From: a bacterium
GTDB lineage: Bacteria; Patescibacteriota; Patescibacteriia; JAGPKW01
Reading direction: 5' to 3'
Assembly (NCBI GenBank): GCA_035417885.1
Contig: DAOLQA010000003.1
Location: forward strand, 1-30,591
DNA length: 30,591 nt
Shown here: in pieces, positions 8,471-18,063 of the stretch
How positions within the stretch are numbered: the stretch's first letter is position 1
Layout of the letters: each line of letters opens with the position of its first letter
Program-made: the position numbers and the translations under genes
The notes under the pieces: model-generated
Seen by the model: the letters and a program-made list of their open reading frames with translations, nothing else
What the model was told of the DNA's origin: nothing
The model's database searches: none

Positions 8471-10978
8471 ATGGATGAAAAAAATACAAAGATTGAAAAT
8501 AATGAAAATAAAAAACAATTTGTAATACCAGAAGAAGTTGGAATGAAGCCAGTATCTATCACTAAAGAAATGCAGACTTCATATATAAATTATGCAATGT
8601 CTGTTATAATCTCTCGTGCTCTACCAGACGTAAGAGACGGCTTAAAGCCAGTTCATAGAAGAATATTATATGCAATGTGGGATGTTGGTTTAAAATCAAA
8701 TGCAAAATTTAGAAAATCAGCGCATGTTGTTGGAGAAGTTATGGCTAAATATCATCCTCATGGAGATGCTGCTATTTATGATACTCTTGTCAGGCTTGCT
8801 CAAGATTTCTCTATGAGATATCCTCTTGTTAATGGACAAGGCAACTTTGGATCTATAGATGGAGATACTGCTGCTGCTATGCGTTATACTGAGGTTAAAT
8901 TACAAAAAATAGCTGAAGAATTATTAGAAGATATTGATAAAAATACTGTTGATTTTATGCCAACATATGATAATTCTCATTTAGAGCCAGTAGTATTGCC
9001 AGCTAAATTGCCAAATTTATTATTAAATGGAAGTATGGGTATTGCTGTTGGTATGGCTACCAACATACCAACACATAATTTAAATGAAGTATGTGATGCT
9101 ATCATATATCTATTAGATAATCCAGATGCTGAAGTAGCTGATTTAATGCAATATATAAAAGGACCAGATTTCCCTACTGGAGGAATTATATATAATATAC
9201 AAGATATAAGAAAAATATATGAAAGTGGTAAAGGAGGTATTATTGTCAGAGGTAAAGCGGAAATAGAAGAAGTAAAAAATGGTTTTAGAATATTAATAAC
9301 AGAAATACCATATACAGTAAATAAAGCTACACTTGTGGAAAAAATAGCCGAATGCGCTAGAGAAAGAAAGATAGAAGGGATAAAAGGTATAAGAGATGAA
9401 TCTGATAGAGATGGAATGAGAATAGTTGTTGAATTAAAAAAAGACGCATTCCCCGAAAAAGTTTTAAATTCATTATATAAACATACTGACCTTCAAATTA
9501 CATATCACGCTAATATGCTAGCACTTGTAGATGGAATAGAGCCAAAAGTATTGAACTTAAAAATGTTCCTAACAGAATTTATAAAACACAGGAAACAAGT
9601 TGTATTTAGAAGAACACAGTTTGAACTAGACGAGGCTAAAAAACGTGAACACATATTGCAGGGCTTAAAAATAGCAATAGATAATATAGATGCTGTTATA
9701 GAAACAATTAAAAAATCAAAAGATACAGATACTGCTAAAGTTAATTTAATGACAAAATTTAAATTAACAGAGATACAAGCAAATGCAATATTAGAAATGC
9801 AATTAAGAAGACTTGCTGCACTTGAAAGACAAAAAATTGAAGATGAACTAGCTAGTATATTAAAATTAATTTCAAAATTAGAAGGAATACTTGCGGATGA
9901 AAAGAAAATAGAAAAGATTATAAAAGATGAGTTACAAGAGATGCAACAAAATTATGGAGATGATAGAAAAACAAAAATAGTTAAGTCAAAAATCGGAGAA
10001 TTCTCTGCTGAAGATTTAATACCAAATGAACCAACAGTAATATTAAAAACTGTAGATGGATATATAAAAAGAATGTCACCAGATAATTTTAAATCTCAAC
10101 ATAGAGGAGGAAAAGGCGTCAGTGGAGTAACTACAAAAGAAGAAGATACTGTAGAAAATATATTTACAACCAACACCCATGCTGATTTAATGTTTTTTAC
10201 AACTAGCGGTAAAGTTTTTCAGATAAAAGCTTATGAAATCCCAGAGACGCAGAGAACAAGCAAGGGACAAGCACTTGTAAATTTTTTACAAATAAGTAGC
10301 AATGAAAAAGTTTCTACAATATTAGCATTAGAAAAGCCAGTAGCTGATAAATATATTATAATGGTAACAGAACAAGGAACTATAAAAAAAGTTAGAATAG
10401 ACGAATTTGAAAATGTAAGAAAAAGTGGGCTTATTGCTATAAAATTAAGAGATGGCGATAAATTAAAGTGGGCAAAATTAAGTTCTGGAAAAGACGAGAT
10501 CATACTTACTACTAATAATGGACAATCTGTAAGATTTAATGAGTCTAATATAAGAGTTATGGGCAGAAATGCATCTGGTGTAAGAGGAATAAAATTAAAA
10601 AATGATGATATAGTTGTCGGAATGGATATTATCAAACAGGATAAAGAAAAATATAAATTACTTGTAGTCTCTAGTAATGGTTATAGCAAATCAACAGATA
10701 TAGAAGAGTATAGAATACAGGGTAGGGGTGGATCTGGAATAAAGACTATGAATATTACAGAAAAAACTGGTAAACTTGTAAGTTCAAATCTTATCAGTTC
10801 TAAATTTTTAGAAAAAGATACTGAAAATTCTAAAGATTTAATAATAATGTCAGAAAAAGGACAGGTTATAAGAATAGCGTTAAACTCAATACCAGTATTA
10901 TCTAGAACAACGCAAGGCGTAAGAATAATGAGCTTTAAAGAAGATGGGGATAAAATAGCAAGTGTTACAATAGTCTAA
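8471..10978 (+). CDS. gyrA: DNA gyrase subunit A
   Basis: [22 protein letters not shown], catalytic AAMRY, GyrA-box QHRGGKG, C-terminal pinwheel repeats. Confidence 0.98.
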   Translation: MDEKNTKIENNENKKQFVIPEEVGMKPVSITKEMQTSYINYAMSVIISRALPDVRDGLKPVHRRILYAMWDVGLKSNAKFRKSAHVVGEVMAKYHPHGDAAIYDTLVRLAQDFSMRYPLVNGQGNFGSIDGDTAAAMRYTEVKLQKIAEELLEDIDKNTVDFMPTYDNSHLEPVVLPAKLPNLLLNGSMGIAVGMATNIPTHNLNEVCDAIIYLLDNPDAEVADLMQYIKGPDFPTGGIIYNIQDIRKIYESGKGGIIVRGKAEIEEVKNGFRILITEIPYTVNKATLVEKIAECARERKIEGIKGIRDESDRDGMRIVVELKKDAFPEKVLNSLYKHTDLQITYHANMLALVDGIEPKVLNLKMFLTEFIKHRKQVVFRRTQFELDEAKKREHILQGLKIAIDNIDAVIETIKKSKDTDTAKVNLMTKFKLTEIQANAILEMQLRRLAALERQKIEDELASILKLISKLEGILADEKKIEKIIKDELQEMQQNYGDDRKTKIVKSKIGEFSAEDLIPNEPTVILKTVDGYIKRMSPDNFKSQHRGGKGVSGVTTKEEDTVENIFTTNTHADLMFFTTSGKVFQIKAYEIPETQRTSKGQALVNFLQISSNEKVSTILALEKPVADKYIIMVTEQGTIKKVRIDEFENVRKSGLIAIKLRDGDKLKWAKLSSGKDEIILTTNNGQSVRFNESNIRVMGRNASGVRGIKLKNDDIVVGMDIIKQDKEKYKLLVVSSNGYSKSTDIEEYRIQGRGGSGIKTMNITEKTGKLVSSNLISSKFLEKDTENSKDLIIMSEKGQVIRIALNSIPVLSRTTQGVRIMSFKEDGDKIASVTIV

Positions 10979-10985
10979 ACTATTA

Positions 10986-11014
10986 TTGACAAGCAAAGTA
11001 TTATATTATATCAT
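10986..11014 (+). promoter_or_regulatory. sigma70 promoter of rpmH
   Basis: TTGACA-17 bp-TATCAT. Confidence 0.8.
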
Positions 11015-11050
11015 AATTATTATTGAAAATAAGCTAAATAAGTTAAAAAT

Positions 11051-11215
11051 ATGTCAAAAACCAAAAGAACATACCAGCCAAGTAAAAGAAAAAGAATAAG
11101 AACTCATGGATTTTTAGCTAGAATGTCAACAAAAGATGGAAGAAGAGTTTTAGCAAGGAGAAGGGCAAAAGGTAGACACCAGCTTACAGTTAAAAAGAAA
11201 TTATTCTTAAAATAA
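11051..11215 (+). CDS. rpmH: 50S ribosomal protein L34 (54 aa; not in the ORF track)
   Basis: Manual translation [54 protein letters not shown]. Confidence 0.98.
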   Translation: MSKTKRTYQPSKRKRIRTHGFLARMSTKDGRRVLARRRAKGRHQLTVKKKLFLK

Positions 11216-11228
11216 AGGTTTACTCAAT

Positions 11229-11267
11229 TACAAAAAGATGATACCTTATAAGTATCATCTTTTTGTA
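11229..11267 (+). terminator. Terminator-like hairpin between rpmH and rnpA
   Basis: TACAAAAAGATGATAC-7 nt-GTATCATCTTTTTGTA, perfect 16-bp inverted repeat. Confidence 0.75.
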
Positions 11268-11275
11268 TAAATATT

Positions 11276-11626
11276 ATGTTAAAGAAAAAATATAGAGTAA
11301 AAAAAATTAAAGAATTTAAAGAAATAATAAAAAATGGAAATTATACTGGAGCAAATGAATTTTATATTAAATTTATTCCAAATAATCTTAATTACTCCAA
11401 AGTATCAGTTGTTGTGCCCTCAAAAATTGAAAAAAGAGCAGTAAAAAGAAATAGAATAAAAAGACAAATGTCAGAAATAATCAGATTAATTTATAAAAAT
11501 ATAAAACCAGGATTTAATATTGTTTTTTTCTGCAAATCTCCAATATTAAAAATGCCATATGAATTAATGAAACAAAAAATTGATAAAATATTATCAGATG
11601 CTAATTTATTAATAAAAAATGATTAA
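11276..11626 (+). CDS. rnpA: Ribonuclease P protein component
   Basis: [25 protein letters not shown] (RNR motif); follows rpmH. Confidence 0.95.
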   Translation: MLKKKYRVKKIKEFKEIIKNGNYTGANEFYIKFIPNNLNYSKVSVVVPSKIEKRAVKRNRIKRQMSEIIRLIYKNIKPGFNIVFFCKSPILKMPYELMKQKIDKILSDANLLIKND

Positions 11627-11894
11627 AAATATAACAAAAATACCGTCAGAAGTATCTATAAAATTGATAGAAATATACCAATTATATTTTTCACCAGATC
11701 ATAGCCCATATTGGAGTAAAATAAAAAAACCTGCTTGTAGATATTATCCAACTTGTTCAGAATACACAAAACAGGCTATTGAGAAATATGGGTTAATTAA
11801 AGGTATAATAATAGGTTCTTGGAGAATATTGAGATGCAATCCATTTAGTAAGGGAGGAATAGATCTGGTAGAAAATAATAAAATATTTAAATAA
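11619..11894 (+). CDS. yidD: Membrane protein insertion efficiency factor
   Basis: [17 protein letters not shown]....[14 protein letters not shown]. Confidence 0.96.
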   Translation: MIKNITKIPSEVSIKLIEIYQLYFSPDHSPYWSKIKKPACRYYPTCSEYTKQAIEKYGLIKGIIIGSWRILRCNPFSKGGIDLVENNKIFK

Positions 11895-11957
11895 TAGTAT
11901 TTTTATAAAATAACCTGTATAATATTTTTTATATATTTTAAATAATAAAATAAATTT

Positions 11958-12791
11958 ATGTTTTTTACTTTAATAGTGCAACCAATGATTAACTTTTTAA
12001 CTGCTATACATGGAATACTTCCACAAATAGACTTTGGAATAGCTATAATAATATTAACAATATTGATAAGACTTATTTTATTCCCACTTAATTGGAAGTC
12101 TATAAAAATTCAGAAAAAAATGAGTATTGTTCAAGAAAAAATGAACCAAATAAAAAATACTGTTAAGGATCAAGAACAACAAGCTATGCAAATAATGAAT
12201 TTATATAAGACAGAAAAAGTAAATCCATTTTCTTCATGCTTGCCATTAATCCTTCAGCTTATAGTATTAATAGGTCTCATAAATGTACTAAATGGATATA
12301 TGGCTGGACAAATAAAAATTAATGGGCAAATGCAGCCACTTGAAAATGCTATATATAAAAATATTAGCTTTATAAAAAAAGATTATGTATATTTTAACAA
12401 AACAGCTTTCGGGTTTTTAGATTTAACGCAAAAAGCAATTGCTAAAGATAAGACGACAAATACAACAGTATATAATATATATGGAATAATATTAGCTATA
12501 ATGTCTGGAATATTACAGTATATACAAACGAAAATGATAACACCAAAAAAAATACCTTCTGTTGAGGGAACAAAAGAAGATAATATAACCAATGCTATGA
12601 ATGCTCAAATGCTCTATATACTTCCTATAATGACTATATGGATAGGGTTATCATTCCCAATGGGGTTAACTTTATATTGGATTATAAGCAGTATATTATC
12701 AATTATACAACAAGCTATTGCCCTAAAATCATCAGATAATAATAAACAAGATAGAGAAAATAAAATTATAGATATCCAAAAATCTAATTAA
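11958..12791 (+). CDS. yidC: YidC/Oxa1 insertase, short form without the large periplasmic domain
   Basis: GIAIIILTILIRLILFPL, IMNLYK..VNPFSSCLPLILQ, FPMGLTLYWIIS. Confidence 0.95.
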   Translation: MFFTLIVQPMINFLTAIHGILPQIDFGIAIIILTILIRLILFPLNWKSIKIQKKMSIVQEKMNQIKNTVKDQEQQAMQIMNLYKTEKVNPFSSCLPLILQLIVLIGLINVLNGYMAGQIKINGQMQPLENAIYKNISFIKKDYVYFNKTAFGFLDLTQKAIAKDKTTNTTVYNIYGIILAIMSGILQYIQTKMITPKKIPSVEGTKEDNITNAMNAQMLYILPIMTIWIGLSFPMGLTLYWIISSILSIIQQAIALKSSDNNKQDRENKIIDIQKSN

Positions 12792-12795
12792 AAAT

Positions 12796-13893
12796 ATGTC
12801 TTTTGAATTTACAAATATATATGTTTTAACAGAAATAGCTATTTTATATATATTACTTAATTTAAAAACTTTAAAAAATTTAAAGAAAAAAGATAATATA
12901 GAAGAAAACAAATTAAATTCAAGAATTAATTTTTTTGATTTTATAAAAGGCCTCGCTATACTAGCAGCATTTATAGGACACATAGTTCTAATTTATAAAA
13001 ATAATCTAGGTGAACTATATTTTTTTATAGTTAAATTATGTAGGTTCGCAATTCCATTTTTTATAATTTCATCTGGCTGTTTATTATACTTAAAAGACTA
13101 TTCAAAAGAGTCAATAAAAAATTTTTATAAAAAAAAGGTAATAAGATTAATCATCCCATATCTCATAGTTTGCATATTTTTATTTATATTAAAAAAATAC
13201 ACTTTCAATCTAACTAATATTATAAAAATATTTGATGGTAAAATCTCAGCCCCATTTTATTTTATGCCAATTTTAATACAAGCATATATATTTTATCCTA
13301 TCATAAATAAAATAATCGATAAGATAGGAAATAAAAAAAGTCTAATACTTTCTTTTATAATATCATTTATAAGCATAATATTAATTCCAACAATATATGA
13401 TTTTCATACATTTTTACCATATTTATTTTTCTTTGTTTTTGGAATAATTTTTAGAAAAAATTATTATATTTATGATTTCAAATATATATTAAAAAAAATA
13501 AATTTTGAAAAGTTTTCATTAATAATTTTTATAATATATTTTTTATTTAGCATAATAGAAAAAAATGAAGAATATTCTAATTTCCAATTAATATATGCTC
13601 CTACTCTATTTATTTTATTGTTCTATGTTAATGATAATATAAAAAATAAAAAAATATATAAATCATTTTCGTTTTTTGGAAGAAATAGTTTATATATTTT
13701 TTTATTACATTTTGAAATATTGCAATCTTTATATAAATATTTTAATAATTTAAATATAAATTATCATTTTAAAAATATTTTATTTATATTACTATCATTT
13801 ATAATAGCATTTTTATTACCAGCAATGTTGTCTGAAAAAATTAAAGACTATCTCCAACAACAGCGCCACTCGCAAACGCCCACATTAGATTAA
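12796..13893 (+). CDS. Acyltransferase family 3 (OafA/OatA-type membrane domain)
   Basis: RINFFDFIKGLAI..IGH, RFAIPFFIISSG, RLIIPYL, FYFMPILIQAY, GRNSLYIFLLH; about 10 TM segments. Confidence 0.88.
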   Translation: MSFEFTNIYVLTEIAILYILLNLKTLKNLKKKDNIEENKLNSRINFFDFIKGLAILAAFIGHIVLIYKNNLGELYFFIVKLCRFAIPFFIISSGCLLYLKDYSKESIKNFYKKKVIRLIIPYLIVCIFLFILKKYTFNLTNIIKIFDGKISAPFYFMPILIQAYIFYPIINKIIDKIGNKKSLILSFIISFISIILIPTIYDFHTFLPYLFFFVFGIIFRKNYYIYDFKYILKKINFEKFSLIIFIIYFLFSIIEKNEEYSNFQLIYAPTLFILLFYVNDNIKNKKIYKSFSFFGRNSLYIFLLHFEILQSLYKYFNNLNINYHFKNILFILLSFIIAFLLPAMLSEKIKDYLQQQRHSQTPTLD

Positions 13894-15091
13894 AGCCACC
13901 ACAATCACCATCTACATCTAAAACTTCACCCGTAAAAAAGAGACCTTTTACTTTTTTTGATTCCAAATTATTATTTATTTCTTTTAAATTTACACCGCCA
14001 GCAGTAACTTGAGCAAAACGAAAATCCTTGCTTCCTGTTATTTTATATTTTGTATTTTTTAATACATCAACTATTAATTTTATATCTCCAATATTCAAAT
14101 CTATTAATTTTTTATTTAGGTCAATTCTATCTAAAAAAATATAATCTATCAACTTTGGGTTTATTAAACCTAATAATAAAAATTTAATATCTTTTTCTTT
14201 GTTGATATTTTTTATATTGATTATATGTTTTTGCAGTTTTTCCTCATCTAAATTTGGAAGAAAATCTATGCTTAAAAATAATTTATTTTTTATATTTTTA
14301 TTTAGTAATTCTGTTGCATATCTTGAAATAGAAATTATTGCAGATCCAGAAATACCATAATCTGTAAATAGAATATCACCCCCATTTTCTTTTATTATCT
14401 GATTATTAAAAATGATCTTTGCATTTCCGCTAAATTTTATTCCTGAAATTTTTTTTAAATATTTACAATCTATAATTAATGGCACAACAGATGGAAATGG
14501 TTTTATTATTTTATGGTTAAATCTTTCGGCAAATATATAGCCATCACCAGTTGTACCTATTTGGGGATAAGCACATCCTCCTGTTGAAATTACAACCTTA
14601 TCTGTAGAAAAAATATCATTATTTGTTTTTATTATAAAAATATTATTATCTTTTTTAATATCTTTTACTGCCGTATTAAGGAAAACTTTAATATTCAATT
14701 TCTCTAATTCATATAACAAAACATTAACTATGCTATTTGCACTATCTGTTATTGGATAAAATTTCCCGTCCTTTTCTTCTTTAAATAGTATCCCTAAATT
14801 CTCAAAAAAATTTAATATTTTTTTATTATCAAATTTTTTAAATACATTTTCTATAATTTCTTTTGTGTTATTAAAATATTCTGTATGATATTTATTTATG
14901 TCTAAATTCTTATTTAATAAATTACACCTGCCATTCCCGGAAATTAAAACTTTTTTACAAATTTTATCATTTTTTTCTAAAATAATAACCTCATTGTTTG
15001 GATTTTTTCGCTTTGCAAATATAGCAGTAGCAACTCCACTAGCTCCTCCACCAACAATTACTATATTTAATTTGTGTTTATTTTCATTCAT
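13841..15091 (-). CDS. HI0933/BaiN/YhiN-family flavoprotein
   Basis: GGGASG, KVLISGNGRCN, TGGCAYPQIGTTGDGY, QVTAGGV, GLFFTGEVLDVDGDCGGFNL. Confidence 0.93.
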   Translation of the reverse strand: MNENKHKLNIVIVGGGASGVATAIFAKRKNPNNEVIILEKNDKICKKVLISGNGRCNLLNKNLDINKYHTEYFNNTKEIIENVFKKFDNKKILNFFENLGILFKEEKDGKFYPITDSANSIVNVLLYELEKLNIKVFLNTAVKDIKKDNNIFIIKTNNDIFSTDKVVISTGGCAYPQIGTTGDGYIFAERFNHKIIKPFPSVVPLIIDCKYLKKISGIKFSGNAKIIFNNQIIKENGGDILFTDYGISGSAIISISRYATELLNKNIKNKLFLSIDFLPNLDEEKLQKHIINIKNINKEKDIKFLLLGLINPKLIDYIFLDRIDLNKKLIDLNIGDIKLIVDVLKNTKYKITGSKDFRFAQVTAGGVNLKEINNNLESKKVKGLFFTGEVLDVDGDCGGFNLMWAFASGAVVGDSL

Positions 15092-15669
15092 GTTATATTT
15101 TTTATTTTTTCTTTTAATATAATTAGACTCCTTCTGTATCTACTTTTTACAGTATTAATTGAGACACCCAATATTTCACTTATCTCCCTAAAATTAAATT
15201 CATTAATATAATATAAATTTAGAACTTCTCTATATATTACAGGAATTTCATCTAATACTTCTTCTATATCCTTCTGTAATTCTAATTTATAATATATCTC
15301 ATCTGGAAGTAGGTCATCATTATCCTCTATGCTATCAACAAATGTTTCAACATCATTATTATAACTGTTTTTATTAAGCTCTGAAAATGTAATATTTTTT
15401 TTCTTTTTTAAAAAGTCTAAGCTACTATTTTTAGCTATTTTATAAATCCATGTTTTAAAATTCTTATCTTTTTTAAATTTTTTTAAATTTCTCCAAGCTT
15501 TTAAAAATACTTCTTGAACAACATCTTCAGCTTCTTCTTCGTCTTTAATATAAGTATATACAAAGTTATAAATTGGCTGTAAATATCTCCTTATCAAAAT
15601 ATTTAACGACTCATTACTGCCATCTAAATACTCTATAATTAAATCTTTATCAGATTTATTGTTGTTCAT
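15088..15669 (-). CDS. ECF-family RNA polymerase sigma factor
   Basis: Regions 2 and 4 only: EAEDVVQEVFLKAW, FKTWIYKIAKN..LD, YREVLNLYY...FREISEIL.VSINTVKSRYRR. Confidence 0.95.
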   Translation of the reverse strand: MNNNKSDKDLIIEYLDGSNESLNILIRRYLQPIYNFVYTYIKDEEEAEDVVQEVFLKAWRNLKKFKKDKNFKTWIYKIAKNSSLDFLKKKKNITFSELNKNSYNNDVETFVDSIEDNDDLLPDEIYYKLELQKDIEEVLDEIPVIYREVLNLYYINEFNFREISEILGVSINTVKSRYRRSLIILKEKIKNIT

Positions 15670-15683
15670 CTTTATTTATATAA

Positions 15684-16121
15684 TTATTGTTGAGCAGCAT
15701 TATCTTGCTTTGGCACTAATTGATTTCTTATTTGTATTGAATCAGCTATAACACTTCCATCACTATTAGCTTTCCCAGAAATTATTACATTATCTCCAAT
15801 ATTTATATCATTAAGCGTTACTTGTGTAGATTTTAACACATTTGTAGAATTTGAAAAAATAATTATTTTAGATCCCCCATCTTTTAACTTTACTGTTATA
15901 GAATTATCATCTTTAGATAATATTTCTCCATCTATCATATTACTTTCTTTTATATTTGCCCTATTAAAACCATAACCGTAATTCATAATTATATTTCTTT
16001 GAGTCGTGGAAAACGAATCGTTTTTGTTGTTTACATTTTTTGAATAAAATACTCCTAAAAGAAATGATAGTATGGTGCTTGCCACTAAAATTAAAGAAAA
16101 GATTATTATCTGTTTTTTCAT
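15684..16121 (-). CDS. Membrane-anchored DUF5666-like protein
   Basis: N-terminal TM; GEILSKDDNSITVKL...DINIGDNVIISGKANSDGSVIADSIQI. Confidence 0.72.
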   Translation of the reverse strand: MKKQIIIFSLILVASTILSFLLGVFYSKNVNNKNDSFSTTQRNIIMNYGYGFNRANIKESNMIDGEILSKDDNSITVKLKDGGSKIIIFSNSTNVLKSTQVTLNDINIGDNVIISGKANSDGSVIADSIQIRNQLVPKQDNAAQQ

Positions 16122-16138
16122 ATTATTAATATTATTAA

Positions 16139-17359
16139 TTATTCATATCTAAGAGCTTCTATAGGGTTTAATTTAGAAGCACGATTTGCTGGATAATATC
16201 CAAATAAAATGCCGATCAGAGCTGAAACACCAAAAGCTAATAAAATTGAGGATGTAGATATTGACGTTGGTATGCCTCCAAGTTTTGAAATAGCTAAAGA
16301 TAATAACCATCCAAGCATTATTCCAAAAAGCCCTCCAAAAAACGTTAAAGCTACCGCTTCCATTAAAAATTGATTATTTATATCTCTTCTCTTAGCTCCG
16401 ATAGCTTTTCTTAAACCTATTTCTCTTGTCCTCTCAGTCACAGTTGTTAACATCATATTCATAATTCCTATACCACCAACAAGTAAAGATATCGCAGCAA
16501 TTGAACCCAATAATGTAGTAAATGTATCTGTTATTAAAGAAGCTGTAGCTAATATATCAGCTTGATTTACAACTATAAAATCTGCTAATGATGCATCTGA
16601 TATTTTATGTCTTTCTAATAATATATTAGTAACCTCATTTTGCAGTTGTGACATCGTGTTCTTATCCTTAGCTTTTATTGCTATTGTGTTTATATATTTT
16701 GTACCCATTAAGACTTTTTGTGCAGTTGTGATTGGAATAAATATCATATCATCTTGGCTGCTAAATCCATTACCACCCTTTGCTTTTGTAATACCTATAA
16801 CTTTAAAGTTTATTCTATTAATACGTATAGTCTGACCAACAACATTTATAGCATCTTCCCCAAATAAATCATCTCTTACATTTGGACCAATAACAGCTAC
16901 TTTTGCATTACTGTCTACATTTTGATCTGATATAAAATTACCTTCTGCAATTTCAATATTTCTTATATCTTGGTAGCTAGAAGTTGTGCCCATTACTTGT
17001 GTATTAGTATTTGTGCCTTTTGCTATAACTTGGTATCTGCCAGAAACTTCTGTATCAATACTGTCAACTAAATCTATCTCATTTTTAATAGCATCTGCAT
17101 CTTCTTGAGTTAAAGTTTGCATTGCTCCTCTGCCCTGATTTATACCATTAACTCGTCTTATACCAGGAGTTACTAATATTAAATTAGATCCTAAAGATTC
17201 TATACTTGATTCTATAGAATTTTTTGACCCTTGGCCAACGGATATCATTGCTATAACAGACCCTATACCTATTACTATACCTAAAATAGTAAGAAATGAT
17301 CTTACTTTATTTGACATTAATGCATAATATACTTCTCTAAATAAATATGATACTTTCAT
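16139..17359 (-). CDS. MacB/YknZ-type ABC permease
   Basis: RSFLTILGIVIG, large extracytoplasmic domain, SLLVGGIGIMNMML.TV.ERTREIGLRKAIGA, NPIEALRYE. Confidence 0.95.
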   Translation of the reverse strand: MKVSYLFREVYYALMSNKVRSFLTILGIVIGIGSVIAMISVGQGSKNSIESSIESLGSNLILVTPGIRRVNGINQGRGAMQTLTQEDADAIKNEIDLVDSIDTEVSGRYQVIAKGTNTNTQVMGTTSSYQDIRNIEIAEGNFISDQNVDSNAKVAVIGPNVRDDLFGEDAINVVGQTIRINRINFKVIGITKAKGGNGFSSQDDMIFIPITTAQKVLMGTKYINTIAIKAKDKNTMSQLQNEVTNILLERHKISDASLADFIVVNQADILATASLITDTFTTLLGSIAAISLLVGGIGIMNMMLTTVTERTREIGLRKAIGAKRRDINNQFLMEAVALTFFGGLFGIMLGWLLSLAISKLGGIPTSISTSSILLAFGVSALIGILFGYYPANRASKLNPIEALRYE

Positions 17360-18054
17360 CTAGTTTTTATTACTTTATCTTGTATTATAAGGCCATCTCT
17401 AATTGTTATAATTCTATCAGCATGCTCAGCAACATCTGGCTCATGTGTAATTAAGACTATTGTATGTCCTTTTTCTCTATTTAGCTGCTGAAATGTTGCT
17501 AAAACTATTTCTCCAGTTTTTGTATCTAAATTACCTGTTGGTTCATCCGCTAATATAATAGACGGATTATTTACCAAAGCTCTTGCTATTGCAACTCTCT
17601 GCATTTGTCCACCCGACAATTGATTAGATAAACTATAAATCTTTGATTCATTAAGGCCAGCGCTCATTATAGCTTTTTTCGCCCGTTCCTCTGCTTCATG
17701 TATATCAACATTATTATACATTAGGGGTAACATAACATTTCTTAACACTGTCGTCCTTGGCAATAAATTAAAAGCTTGAAAAACAAATCCTATTTTGTTC
17801 ATCCTTATATTAGCTAAATCATCCTCCCCTAATTTCGACATATCTCTTCCATCTAAAAAATACTGACCACTAGTTGGCACATCTAATGCTCCTACAATAT
17901 GCATCAATGTTGATTTACCAGATCCAGACGGTCCCATTATAGCAACAAACTCACCTTCCTGTATTGTAAATGAAACACCATTTAATGCTACTGTAGAATT
18001 GCCGTCATTAACATAAATCTTTGTTATATTTTTACATTCTATAATATTTTTCAT
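17356..18054 (-). CDS. MacB/LolD/YknY-type ABC ATPase
   Basis: GPSGSGKST, LSGGQMQRVAIARAL, ILADEPTGNLD, ITH. Confidence 0.96.
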   Translation of the reverse strand: MKNIIECKNITKIYVNDGNSTVALNGVSFTIQEGEFVAIMGPSGSGKSTLMHIVGALDVPTSGQYFLDGRDMSKLGEDDLANIRMNKIGFVFQAFNLLPRTTVLRNVMLPLMYNNVDIHEAEERAKKAIMSAGLNESKIYSLSNQLSGGQMQRVAIARALVNNPSIILADEPTGNLDTKTGEIVLATFQQLNREKGHTIVLITHEPDVAEHADRIITIRDGLIIQDKVIKTR

Positions 18055-18063
18055 AATGTATAA

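Noticed and set aside
1268-11267. Shared arms between hairpins (AAAAAGATGA at 1268 and 11232; AAAAAC[A/T]GGGTTTTT at 4415 and 5769) as a REP-like repeat family
   Set aside because: The similarity is mostly the A/T tracts of ordinary terminators; only about 5 informative bases are shared and there are just two copies each
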